Numbered from the stretch's first letter, positions 1 through 10,180 are shown. The stretch is 64,000 bases of DNA from Spirochaetia bacterium (GCA_963675665.1 OY776510.1:800001-864000), one strand, 5' to 3'. Notes: generated by a model not told the origin, from the sequence alone. Made by a program: numbers and translations.

Positions 1-150
1 TTTCTTTTTTAGTCTCGTCATATTTCAAGCTTTTTCTGTAAGAGATACTGAGCGTATCCGGTTTATTATCCGTATGAAAATATATTGAAAGTATTGCTAT
101 CATATTCTCGGACCCGGAAAAAAAAGGACAATCCGTATGGACATGTATCT

Positions 151-1065
151 TCAATATTCTTTCACCTTTTTTAATTTAGAATCTATAATATTATTTAACC
201 CGTCAGAAAGATCAATTTTTGGTTTCCAGGCAAAATCCTTTAAAATTCTATTACCCGATAAATTATAATTCATTACTTCACCATTTCTATATGGCAAAGC
301 TCCAATATTCAGCAAATTCCGTTTATCTAAAATCTCAGCTATATTTATAGCTATTTCTTTAATCTGGTATTGTTTGTTCGAGCAAATATTATATACCCAA
401 TGTTCCGAAAGCTCTTTCTCAATTAAAATTGATATTATATCAATTAAATCATCAATATATAGAAAATCACGCCATTGCTCACCTTTTGTCATTTTAAATT
501 CTTCATTTTTAATCAAGGTATTAATCATTTGTGGAATAAACATAGTTTCATCCTGATCCGGACCATAAACAACGGATGGTCGCAAATATAAAATAGGAAG
601 ATTATATTCACGTAAATAATAATTACATAAATTAAATAAGCATTGCTTTGAGAAAGAATAAGCATTTATTGGTTTTGTTGGAGTTTCTTCTGTGATAATA
701 CAATCTGTTCTTCCATATTCTTCTGCAGAACCTAAAACAATAATTTTCTTTGTTTTGTTATAATGTTGCATAATATCAAATAGATTAAGGGCACCAATAA
801 AATTAATATTTATAGATTCTAAAAAAACATTATAATCTACTAATCGCTTTTTTATCCCGGCAAGGTGTATTATCATATCTGGTTCTGTTTTATCTATAAT
901 TTTTTCTAATTCATTCTTATTTAATAAATCGACACAATAATGTTGCTGCTTTTCATTATCTGTTTCAATTCTATCAATCGTTATAACAGTATAATTATTA
1001 CGAAGATATTCTGCTAATTTTATTCCTATGTAGCCATTACCCCCAGTAATAAGCACTTTATTCAC
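151..1065 (-). CDS. NAD-dependent nucleotide-sugar epimerase/dehydratase (extended SDR)
   Basis: N-terminal TGGNGYIG, HLAG, YxxSK (YSFSK), VYGP and RDFLYIDD motifs. Confidence 0.9.
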   Translation of the reverse strand: MNKVLITGGNGYIGIKLAEYLRNNYTVITIDRIETDNEKQQHYCVDLLNKNELEKIIDKTEPDMIIHLAGIKKRLVDYNVFLESININFIGALNLFDIMQHYNKTKKIIVLGSAEEYGRTDCIITEETPTKPINAYSFSKQCLFNLCNYYLREYNLPILYLRPSVVYGPDQDETMFIPQMINTLIKNEEFKMTKGEQWRDFLYIDDLIDIISILIEKELSEHWVYNICSNKQYQIKEIAINIAEILDKRNLLNIGALPYRNGEVMNYNLSGNRILKDFAWKPKIDLSDGLNNIIDSKLKKVKEY

Positions 1066-2272
1066 TTATTCCTCCAGTTCCCAACATTTGCTGTTTTTTT
1101 ATAGCCAAATTAACAATAGTTATTGAAAACCAAAACAAAGGCCATGCAAAGAAATCAAAAGCCAGATTGATTATAATGACATATACTAATAAACGATAAT
1201 TATCCTTTAGAACTTTTTTAATAATATATATTAATACACCAAAATATAAAAAGCCCTGTTCTATCACCAAATTTAAAATCCCGGAGCCAAAGCCACGATC
1301 AAAATCTCCAACAAACCCGATGCCATATCCGAATAAGAAAGTTTTTAAATTCATATTTAAAACAAGTTTTATTCCTGCTATATATCTCATAATTCTATCA
1401 TTAATTGAAGAATATCTTAATAAGAGACTACTGCTTATCAACAACAACAATACTACAACTACTGTAAAAAATATTAATAATATTTTTCTTTTTAATGCTC
1501 TATCTGATCTTAAAAAGTCGATACTGTAACTGATAATAACAGAACTTATAATTGCAATAATACCTGTAAAAGAAAAAGTTAATATCACTGATGTGCATAA
1601 CATTAATATAAAGAATCTTCTCTTTCTTTTTGGGAGAATTAATGAATTACAAAATACTAAATTCAATCCCAAGAAGCTTGCAAGGATTCCCGGTTCAGTA
1701 AAAAAACCACACATTCTTGGAACCCGTAAACCTCCAAAATATTTATATATAAAATTTCCAAATATATAGTTTCCATAATATGGATATATTGAATCTTTTA
1801 TTAAAAGATGGTATTTAAACAGCGATGGCATTAAATTTACTATAAAAAAGCCTATTACTAATTGAAACATTAATATCCAAACAAAAAATATATATATTTT
1901 TTTTAAATAATAATCTGTTTCAAAGGATTGCTCTATATATTTATAAATTAATAAAAAAATTAATATTTTATTCGCTCTGGAAACAAAAGTATCAAAAGCA
2001 ATTGATACAAAAAAGATTTTAATAAATATCATTATCAAAAAGAGCAACAATAATATTTTTAATCTTTTATACAGAAAATGAACCAGAAGCAGATATAGTA
2101 CTATAATAAATTCTATACTGATACGAAATAATGGATTTATATAATTTTCAGCAAAGATATAAGGAGGATATATCACAATATAAAAAAGTAATAATAATGA
2201 AAAAAAGTAATTAAAGAACTCTTTTGATTTAAATTTTCGTTTAATTATTTCATTCTCTGCGGTTGAACTCAT
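1058..2272 (-). CDS. putative O-antigen/polysaccharide polymerase (Wzy-like)
   Basis: Many hydrophobic segments, R..GFFTEP motif, LFGYGIG loop; located in a glycan locus. Confidence 0.65.
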   Translation of the reverse strand: MSSTAENEIIKRKFKSKEFFNYFFSLLLLFYIVIYPPYIFAENYINPLFRISIEFIIVLYLLLVHFLYKRLKILLLLFLIMIFIKIFFVSIAFDTFVSRANKILIFLLIYKYIEQSFETDYYLKKIYIFFVWILMFQLVIGFFIVNLMPSLFKYHLLIKDSIYPYYGNYIFGNFIYKYFGGLRVPRMCGFFTEPGILASFLGLNLVFCNSLILPKRKRRFFILMLCTSVILTFSFTGIIAIISSVIISYSIDFLRSDRALKRKILLIFFTVVVVLLLLISSSLLLRYSSINDRIMRYIAGIKLVLNMNLKTFLFGYGIGFVGDFDRGFGSGILNLVIEQGFLYFGVLIYIIKKVLKDNYRLLVYVIIINLAFDFFAWPLFWFSITIVNLAIKKQQMLGTGGISE

Positions 2273-2276
2273 TATA

Positions 2277-4034
2277 TTAAGTTCCTATAAATAGTTCATC
2301 TTTATTGATTTCATTAAGATTACCATTTTTAATTTCATAGATATATTCACAGTTTCGTAAAGTAGAAACTCTATGCGCAACAATTATAATTGTCTTCTTA
2401 TTCATAAGAAAATCAATCGATTGAGAAATTTCCATTTCTGTTTTGGAATCCAATGCAGACGTAGCCTCATCAAACACCAATATCTCAGGGTTCCTATATA
2501 ACGCACGAGCAATACCTATTCTTTGTCTTTGCCCTCCTGATAGCCTAGTTCCCCGATCTCCTATCTTAGTATTTAGACCATCTGGTAAACTCTTTATTAA
2601 ATCATCCAATCTGGCCATCTTTATTACATTCTCTATTTGCTCCTGGTCAATATCACTCTCTTCAATCCCAAAAGCAATATTTGATTTTATACTGTCATCT
2701 GTTAAATAAATATCTTGGGGAACGAACCCTAATATTTTCATCCAGGAATCATGATGTTCCAGAGTACTGTATCCATCAATTAAAATATCACCAGAGGTTG
2801 GATATAATAAGCCAAGAATAATATTCATAAATGTTGTCTTTCCTGAACCAGAAGGGCCAATGAACCCTATTGCCGTGTTACGTTTAATCTTCAGATTAAC
2901 ATTATTTAATACAATATCTCCTTCATGTTTTGGATAATAAAAATCAAGATTCTTGAAATATATTTCTTTTAAATTACCAAAATCAACATTTTTATTTTCC
3001 AATTGTCTAGATATTTTATAATCTTCTAAATTATTAAACGCTTTATAAACGGTATCCAGTGCTACTTTTGAATATCTTATCTGAATAATACCTGCCATCA
3101 AACGATTAATTGCCGGCATTACCTTAAACATTGCCGCACCATACAAGGCTAAAATAGGAAAAAATGTGGTAAAATCTTTATTCCTTGCTATAATTATCAG
3201 AATAAAAACCATCATTACAATGATTGCACTACTTTCAATTATCAATTTTGGTAATTTTCCAACTATATCATTGTAAACAGAACTTTCTCTTAGTTTTTTA
3301 TAACTTTTTCTGCTTTTATTTAAAAAATAACTATACCTGTTCAATATTTTTAAATCTTTAATTCCCCCAATGCCCTGATTTATCCACTTTAATGTTTCGG
3401 ATTCATTTTCTTGCCTTATCTTACCAACTTCAGTTAAACGCTTTCTGATCTTTCTATAAAAAACAAAATTGATAAATCCGAGGATGCCAATAATTGTTAA
3501 CGTCCCTACAGGTTCAGTATATATTAATAACGTAAAAATTAATAATAAAAGAACTCCATCAGTTAGAACCAGAACTAGACAAGTAATAATTCGCTGAAAA
3601 ATAATCGGGATCTCGGTTTTTATATTTCTAACAATAATTGAAGGGTTTTCATTTAGAAAAAAGTAATAATCAGCTTTTAGATAACTATAAAACATTGATA
3701 CTGATAAATTTTCTATACCTCGATAATAGAAATTGTTCTGAAATAGCATAATCAATATTTGTAAAATCGTTTTAATTAAAATAAAAATAATTACAGCTAT
3801 ACATATTACTAACATTTTTTGAGAGAATGTGCTGGTGTTTATTAAAATAAAAAATTGATTCAACAATACATTTTCTTTTAGAATTTCCGGCTGAGTTAAA
3901 ACTTGAAAAATTGGCATAACACCTGCCACCAACAACAACTCTAAAATACTATAAAGAATTGATGTTAATACAAGAGGAATAGTACCTTTAATTTTATCTG
4001 ATTTAACCAGGATATATTTCAGTTTATGGAACAT
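2277..4034 (-). CDS. ABC transporter permease/ATPase, MsbA/PglK-like glycan flippase
   Basis: N-terminal TM domain, Walker A GPSGSGKT, LSGGQRQR, DEATSALD, AHR. Confidence 0.9.
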   Translation of the reverse strand: MFHKLKYILVKSDKIKGTIPLVLTSILYSILELLLVAGVMPIFQVLTQPEILKENVLLNQFFILINTSTFSQKMLVICIAVIIFILIKTILQILIMLFQNNFYYRGIENLSVSMFYSYLKADYYFFLNENPSIIVRNIKTEIPIIFQRIITCLVLVLTDGVLLLLIFTLLIYTEPVGTLTIIGILGFINFVFYRKIRKRLTEVGKIRQENESETLKWINQGIGGIKDLKILNRYSYFLNKSRKSYKKLRESSVYNDIVGKLPKLIIESSAIIVMMVFILIIIARNKDFTTFFPILALYGAAMFKVMPAINRLMAGIIQIRYSKVALDTVYKAFNNLEDYKISRQLENKNVDFGNLKEIYFKNLDFYYPKHEGDIVLNNVNLKIKRNTAIGFIGPSGSGKTTFMNIILGLLYPTSGDILIDGYSTLEHHDSWMKILGFVPQDIYLTDDSIKSNIAFGIEESDIDQEQIENVIKMARLDDLIKSLPDGLNTKIGDRGTRLSGGQRQRIGIARALYRNPEILVFDEATSALDSKTEMEISQSIDFLMNKKTIIIVAHRVSTLRNCEYIYEIKNGNLNEINKDELFIGT

Positions 4035-4067
4035 TTATTTATCCTTAATCATATTAATTTTAACACT

Positions 4068-5336
4068 TTATTTTTCAAAAAAATAATCCTTAATCAAATC
4101 CGGTTTAAACTCTCGCCCCATATAACAATCGAGAAAAGCCTCCGAATCAATATGTAAATTCCCTTTTAAAACTTCATATAATTCACTTTCACTAAAAGTT
4201 GTTATTATGTTTTTATCAGATCCATCAAAAGGTGGTACAATTTTATAATTAAATAAATCATATCCCTTTTTACTACCATGAGGCTCAAAAACAATATAAT
4301 TCTTTCCAACAAGAAGGGTATTAAGAATTACAGTACTTGCAGGACCTATAACAATAGACGAATTATTTAACGATGTTTCTAAATTTAAATTATCAAAAGA
4401 ATAAAATTTTGTATCAATAACTCTCTTATACCATGCAATACTTTCTGAAGGATGCAATCTTAATATCGCACTTTTAACGCCTGCTTTTTTCAATGCGTTC
4501 TTTACAAGTTCTGTATATAAATAACTATTAATACAATGATCAATATTGTTTATTGTACTATCACTTATTGCTCCTGCAGCTACTTTCGTGACGACAAGAA
4601 CATTGCCTGATTCCATTTTAGCATTTTGTTTCTCTCGATTAATCTTAATCCTATCATTTATGGCAGGATGTCCAGTAACAATTATTTTATCACATGCAAC
4701 TCCTGCATCAATATAATTCTTTTTGATACTTTCACCCCAGACAAATAATTTATCCGCTCTATTGTCATCAATATTGTTATATCTTGCAGGGAGGCCATGT
4801 AAAAAAACTGCATTTGGTCTTTCTAATTCTGTAAAAATTTCAATGGATTTTTTCTCAAAAAAAGGAAGATCATATGGAACCAATAAAGCTTTAACATTTT
4901 GTTTATAATAACTATATAAAAAATCATAAATTCGATTTTTTAATAAAAGAAAATCTTCCGAAAAAAAATAATTAATATTATTATTGTTTAAGAAGCTTTT
5001 TAACTTTCTTAAGGATAGATATTTATCATCATACTGCCACGACTCCCAAATCGGTCTTTTAATTATTACACCCTCAAAACAATTAATATTTGATAAATCA
5101 ATATAGCTGTTTGATTGAATAACTTTACTTGTATATATAGGAACTTTTTTAGGATATAATGATAATGTATTTTTTATTACTAATTTTATATGATTCTTAA
5201 TTTTATTATGTATCGGGCGCTTAAAATAATCTCCCGATTGTATAAATTTTCTCGATATTTCATAAGAAAAATCCTTTAACTCTGTTCTCTCTGTATATAG
5301 AGCCTTTAAAGATTCGTTCATTTTATATTTTTCCAT
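4068..5336 (-). CDS. hypothetical protein, putative GT-B nonulosonate transferase
   Basis: HG, VWG, TGHP, RLHP and ST motifs resembling CDP-glycerol/sialyl-transferase-like GT-B proteins; directly follows pseI. Confidence 0.45.
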   Translation of the reverse strand: MEKYKMNESLKALYTERTELKDFSYEISRKFIQSGDYFKRPIHNKIKNHIKLVIKNTLSLYPKKVPIYTSKVIQSNSYIDLSNINCFEGVIIKRPIWESWQYDDKYLSLRKLKSFLNNNNINYFFSEDFLLLKNRIYDFLYSYYKQNVKALLVPYDLPFFEKKSIEIFTELERPNAVFLHGLPARYNNIDDNRADKLFVWGESIKKNYIDAGVACDKIIVTGHPAINDRIKINREKQNAKMESGNVLVVTKVAAGAISDSTINNIDHCINSYLYTELVKNALKKAGVKSAILRLHPSESIAWYKRVIDTKFYSFDNLNLETSLNNSSIVIGPASTVILNTLLVGKNYIVFEPHGSKKGYDLFNYKIVPPFDGSDKNIITTFSESELYEVLKGNLHIDSEAFLDCYMGREFKPDLIKDYFFEK

Positions 5337-6340
5337 TGTAAAGGACTTCCTTTTTTTAAATCACATTCAGCAGTTTTCCCTAAAATCCTTAACATGTGTT
5401 TTGGGTTTAAACCATCACCAGGTCTAATTGATCTAATATTTGTTTCGTTAAATTTATCTCCCTTTTTTATATCCTCTGTTACGAAAAGAGATCTTCTAAA
5501 CTGTCGATTTTTCTTCTTTTCATTATCCAAGCTATAAGATACACTTCCTATTGCCTTTTCTACATTACGAATAGATTCAACCATCTGCTTAAACTGTACA
5601 GGCTCAATAGAAAATTCGGAATCAACACCTCCATTATTACGATCAAGTATAAAATGTTTTTCTATCACCTGGGCACCCATTGCAACAGCTGCAATAGCAA
5701 CATCATTTACTAAAGAATGGTCAGATAATCCTACTTTTACACCAAAAGTCTCCATCATATTTACCATAGTCTTCAGATTAGCATCCGCTATTGGCGCAGG
5801 GTAACTTGAAGTACATTTTAATAATGTTATATCGTTATTGCCAACTTTTCTGCAAGCTTCGACAGCTTTTTGTATTTCACCTATTGTTGCTATTCCTGTC
5901 GACATAATCATAGGCTTTCCCTTCAAGGCTGTATATTCAATAAGAGGTATATCTCCAATCTCAAAAGATGCAATTTTATATGCAGGCATATCCAGTGATT
6001 CTAAAAAATCTACTGCTGTCTTATCGAAAGGCGAGGAAAAACAAATAAGATCTATACTTTCTGCATATTCCTTCAAAGATTCATGCCATTCCCATGGGGT
6101 ATAAGCTTCACTATATAATTTATATAAAGTAGTTCCATCCCACAAAGTGCCATGCTTAATTTGAAAGTATTCATTATCACAGTCAAGAGTTATAGTATCG
6201 GCAGTATATGTCTGGAGTTTTACAGCATCTGCACCAGCTTCTTTCATTGCACATATAGTTTCAATTGCTAATTTATAATCATGTGCATGGTTTGCAGAAA
6301 GTTCTGCAATTATTAACACAGAATTATTTTCTTTTTTCAT
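5318..6340 (-). CDS. pseI: pseudaminic acid synthase
   Basis: IIAELSANH, KLQTYTADTIT, YKIASFE, KCTSSYPAP, GLSDH, IEKHF and SAF tail; start placed at the ATG (6340) behind an AGGAG RBS. Confidence 0.93.
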   Translation of the reverse strand: MKKENNSVLIIAELSANHAHDYKLAIETICAMKEAGADAVKLQTYTADTITLDCDNEYFQIKHGTLWDGTTLYKLYSEAYTPWEWHESLKEYAESIDLICFSSPFDKTAVDFLESLDMPAYKIASFEIGDIPLIEYTALKGKPMIMSTGIATIGEIQKAVEACRKVGNNDITLLKCTSSYPAPIADANLKTMVNMMETFGVKVGLSDHSLVNDVAIAAVAMGAQVIEKHFILDRNNGGVDSEFSIEPVQFKQMVESIRNVEKAIGSVSYSLDNEKKKNRQFRRSLFVTEDIKKGDKFNETNIRSIRPGDGLNPKHMLRILGKTAECDLKKGSPLQWKNIK

Positions 6341-6350
6341 ATACTCTCCT

Positions 6351-8639
6351 TTATGAGCGTTTATCATAATACCAAACCTGCATAAATCCATCTTTATCAA
6401 CAATTGTACTTTCAGGAAGTTCCCAGTATGGGTTCCATTTAATTCTATCATCATATCGATAAGAAGTTTGTAACAAGATTCGACTATCTTCTCTTTTAAT
6501 TATACTTTTTTCATATAATGTTATTTTACCGATATCAGTCATTAACGCTAATTGAGGTTTTGCTCTTCCAGAAAGATATCCTGATGTTGTTAATTGTTTT
6601 ACTAATGATAAACTTTCATCGATTGTTGTTCTAAAATGCTCAGAACCTTTAATTGGAACACAGTGAAAAAGATAATGATTCTCTATTCCGAGATACCTCA
6701 TTTCATCACATACGTTTATTAATTCCTCTACAGAATTATTCACATCCTTTAATAAAACAGTCTGATTATAAATATTCACATATTCTCTAATTTTTAAAAA
6801 TGCTTCTTTTACCTCAGGAAAGAGTTCAACTGAATGATTTATTTGCGTTGCCATTTCAATCTGAAATGAATATTTTCTTTTAAAAAGGGAAAGAATGTTA
6901 TCATTAATTGCTGAGGGTTGATGAATTGGTATTCTGCTTGCGATTCTAACAATTTTTATATTATGAGGATGTCGTTCCAATTCATCTAAAAATCGAATTA
7001 TTTTCGAGGGTACAAGCAGAGGATCTCCTCCTGTAATTAATAATTCCCTAACATCTTCTAATTCTGGTAATTTGCTGATACTTCTAGCAATTCTGTTTAA
7101 ATCATCTTGCGATAACGCGAAAGGCGAATAGAATTGCCGAAGGCAATGTCTACAATTTGCCAGACATTGAAGCATTGGTTCAATAATCAATACTCTTCGA
7201 TATAATCGCTCCAATCCTAATAATCTTTTATTCTCAAACTCAAATAAGGAAGAGGCTTCATAATGTTTCAACATTGATTTTTCATTTCTTCTCTGATCTG
7301 GCGTTGTATTAATATAAAATTGATTTTTTAAAACTCTTTGTACTGTCGAATCAGAATTATTTTCTGCGTGCTTTAATTTATTTTGTACAAAAGGACTTAC
7401 CCTAAAACCAGATGTACCCTTTGCCCTCTTTTTAGAGTCTACTACAACCGTAACAATATCTTCAACTGTATTTATAAAATCTACAGCTTCATTCAAATCA
7501 TTAAATTCAAATGCCACAACACCTAAAGTATTGTCTCCTATAGAAAACTCATTTACTTCATCACCTACTTCAGCAATTTGATGTTCAAAAACAATCTTAT
7601 CAATATATTCAGATTTTACTTCATATCCGTTAAACAAACCTTCTTGGTAACTATTTAAAATGTATGACACTATTGGCTTTCGCGAATATTCTTTTTTAAC
7701 TAAATAACATTCTCCAAAGGCTGAATAAATCGAAGCTTCCGTCATATCAAATCCGGACGATAACTGTATCATATTAGGTACAAATATTCCTCCGTTACGT
7801 AGAGCAATGTCAATAATATAAATATCTTCACCAACTTTAAAGCCATCAAAATTGATACATCCACTATTTAAATTTAATTCAGTAATAATACTTTGAAACT
7901 GTTCATCCAAGTTTCTTTCTACTTCTTCATTAAAGACACCAGGAAAAATTTCGCCTACTGGCACATTAAATTTTGAATTTTTTTTAAAATAATTATGGCC
8001 ATAATAAGAAAATGCAATTTTACCATTTTGAAAGAATACATCTCCATCTAATTCCAACATTGTTTTATTTAATTTTTTCTCAATTATAATCTCTTTTGAC
8101 ATTGAATTATCAATTGCATATTTTAATGCTTTATTTAATTTATCTTGACAATCAATAATAGATTGACCTCTTGATCCTCCAGAATCAACAGGTTTAATAA
8201 TAATCTCTCCAGTCTTTTCCAAAAGATCATAAATATCTTTGACATTGGAATCTTCATTATAAACAATAAATTCTGGATAAGGTAATCCTATCCTTTTCTG
8301 CATATTTCTAAATTTGCCTTTGTCTTGTAATACAATAGCAGCTTCAATCGGATTTCCTGGTAACTGTAGCTTTTCAGCAACAAATGATACTGTTTCTACA
8401 GCCGCATTCGCTGCATATGTCATTATTGCATCAATCTTGTATTCGATAGCTGCCTCTAAAACTTTCTGCTTTTCTATAGTAGAAAGTTTTAAAGATAAAT
8501 CACTATAGCAATGTCCGATCTCTGTTAAATCTTTACTTACCGTTATAACTATGCAACCCAACTCTTTTGCTTTTTTTATTGCAGGTAACTGATAAGGAGA
8601 TGCTCCTAAAAACATTAATCTTTTAAATTTAAACTTCAC
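6351..8639 (-). CDS. ATP-grasp ligase fused to a KamA-family radical SAM 2,3-aminomutase-like domain
   Basis: N-half: LGASPYQLPAIKKAK, DKGKFR, IKPVDSGGSRG, IIEK. C-half: CLANCRHC, LITGGDPL, QINH, NQTVLL, EHFRT, GKI. GTG start with AAGGAG. Confidence 0.85.
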   Translation of the reverse strand: MKFKFKRLMFLGASPYQLPAIKKAKELGCIVITVSKDLTEIGHCYSDLSLKLSTIEKQKVLEAAIEYKIDAIMTYAANAAVETVSFVAEKLQLPGNPIEAAIVLQDKGKFRNMQKRIGLPYPEFIVYNEDSNVKDIYDLLEKTGEIIIKPVDSGGSRGQSIIDCQDKLNKALKYAIDNSMSKEIIIEKKLNKTMLELDGDVFFQNGKIAFSYYGHNYFKKNSKFNVPVGEIFPGVFNEEVERNLDEQFQSIITELNLNSGCINFDGFKVGEDIYIIDIALRNGGIFVPNMIQLSSGFDMTEASIYSAFGECYLVKKEYSRKPIVSYILNSYQEGLFNGYEVKSEYIDKIVFEHQIAEVGDEVNEFSIGDNTLGVVAFEFNDLNEAVDFINTVEDIVTVVVDSKKRAKGTSGFRVSPFVQNKLKHAENNSDSTVQRVLKNQFYINTTPDQRRNEKSMLKHYEASSLFEFENKRLLGLERLYRRVLIIEPMLQCLANCRHCLRQFYSPFALSQDDLNRIARSISKLPELEDVRELLITGGDPLLVPSKIIRFLDELERHPHNIKIVRIASRIPIHQPSAINDNILSLFKRKYSFQIEMATQINHSVELFPEVKEAFLKIREYVNIYNQTVLLKDVNNSVEELINVCDEMRYLGIENHYLFHCVPIKGSEHFRTTIDESLSLVKQLTTSGYLSGRAKPQLALMTDIGKITLYEKSIIKREDSRILLQTSYRYDDRIKWNPYWELPESTIVDKDGFMQVWYYDKRS

Positions 8640-8651
8640 GTATTACTCCTT

Positions 8652-9407
8652 TTATTCTATTATCTTTTTTAATAAAATAATATCTTTTTCGAAATCATCT
8701 AGATTCTCCATACTCTTTTTTCTTGTTTCAAGACTAATCTTTTTTTCTATATTGATAATTTTAAATATTTTTCTAAAATTTAAATTACCTTCTCCAATAT
8801 TTAAATGATCGTCATAAGGAGTCCTGGTATCGGTATCTGATAAATGGTACATCTCTGGAGCTAAAATGTTAAATTCTTTTATATAATTAAAATAATCTTT
8901 ATCATAAAAAATTGCGGCTGCTATCGCATGACCAATATCAAGAACAAATCCTACATTTGCTTCTTCAATAATAAATTTTATCTCATTTGGTTTTGCACCA
9001 ATAAAACTTAAATCCTCTCCAAAAACAATCGCCGGAACATTCTCTATTAATACTCGTTCGTCATTAAATAATAACAATTGTCGAACAGTTTCATCAATAT
9101 CACCATTGGCTTCACTATGTAAAATTATGTAGCGAGCATTTAGATTATCTGTAAAGAATCTAATCTCTTTTAGTATTGAACTATTATAATTTTCAAGATC
9201 TCTATCTGATAGATTAAAACCATATTCCAAATGAGTACCATGTACAATAATGGGGATATTAGTCATTTTCCATAAATTAATAGTCTCAAGACTATTTGGT
9301 ACATAATAAATTTCTAGAAAATTAAAAATTTTTTTTTCATATAAATTTATTATACAATTATAATAATTTATATTTGTAGACCATATTTTTAATCCAAATT
9401 CAGACAT
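8652..9407 (-). CDS. xylose-isomerase/AP-endonuclease-2-like TIM-barrel metalloenzyme
   Basis: IENVP, LDIGH, HLSD, DDHL and LET metal-binding pattern. Confidence 0.75.
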   Translation of the reverse strand: MSEFGLKIWSTNINYYNCIINLYEKKIFNFLEIYYVPNSLETINLWKMTNIPIIVHGTHLEYGFNLSDRDLENYNSSILKEIRFFTDNLNARYIILHSEANGDIDETVRQLLLFNDERVLIENVPAIVFGEDLSFIGAKPNEIKFIIEEANVGFVLDIGHAIAAAIFYDKDYFNYIKEFNILAPEMYHLSDTDTRTPYDDHLNIGEGNLNFRKIFKIINIEKKISLETRKKSMENLDDFEKDIILLKKIIE

Positions 9408-10072
9408 CTAAATAAAACCTCAGCTATAGCCCAATCCTCTAGCGTATCAATATCTCGGACTTTTGTTTCTGGCATTATATATCCATATGCTTTATCTGAT
9501 AATACTGTATCATTTTCTATAAAAGCTGAAATATTAAAAAAATAAAATAGTCCTGCATCGTGATACATTTCTTCTAGATCTTGAGATCTTAAATTGGCAT
9601 TTCTTTCATCATAAAATTTCACAATATTGTTCTTCAATTGAAATGCGCGCTGAATCGGAAAAGGATACTTTACGACAGGAATTACACTGTCATATTCTTC
9701 CAACTTCAAATATGAATCATTTAATATGACAGAATTGATAAATGGTGCTGTAGGTAAAAGACAACAGCAATATTTAAATTGTCTATTTTCATTATAATAA
9801 TATTTTATGACTTCATGTAGAACATCTTCTATAGTAGCAGAATCGTTACTATTAATTTTATTTCTTAGATAGGGAACACTTGCTCCATAACTTTTAGCAA
9901 TCTTAGAAATTTCTAACGTGTCTGTTGAAACCATAACCTCATCAAAAATATTCGAATTTAAAGCTGCTTCAATAGAATATGAAATAATTGGTCTTCCACA
10001 GAATTCCTTTATGTTTTTTTTAGGAATTCGTTTACTCCCACCTCTTGCAGGAATTATACAAATATTACTCAT
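9389..10072 (-). CDS. pseF: pseudaminic acid cytidylyltransferase (copy 2)
   Basis: IIPARGGSKRIPKKNIK, PTAPF, RSQDL, HDAG, DIDT. Confidence 0.9.
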   Translation of the reverse strand: MSNICIIPARGGSKRIPKKNIKEFCGRPIISYSIEAALNSNIFDEVMVSTDTLEISKIAKSYGASVPYLRNKINSNDSATIEDVLHEVIKYYYNENRQFKYCCCLLPTAPFINSVILNDSYLKLEEYDSVIPVVKYPFPIQRAFQLKNNIVKFYDERNANLRSQDLEEMYHDAGLFYFFNISAFIENDTVLSDKAYGYIMPETKVRDIDTLEDWAIAEVLFRCLNLD

Positions 10073-10081
10073 TATAACTGC

Positions 10082-10180
10082 CTATTTAGAATTAATTATA
10101 GTGCTTTTATTGTTTTCGCTTATTTTATCTATGTCCCTTTCTGATAGCTCTGAGAACAAAGACAATGATAAAGCTTGTTT
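10082..10180 (-). pseudogene. C-terminal remnant of a second PseC/DegT aminotransferase
   Basis: Reads KQALSLSLFSELSERDIDKISE..., matching the PseC tail ATLSLPLYPDLIKKEQDLVID; lies directly upstream of pseF copy 2. Confidence 0.6.

Noticed and set aside
1-150. Minus-strand frame open to the window edge from ATG 103
   Set aside because: Too short to identify; no motif or clear RBS
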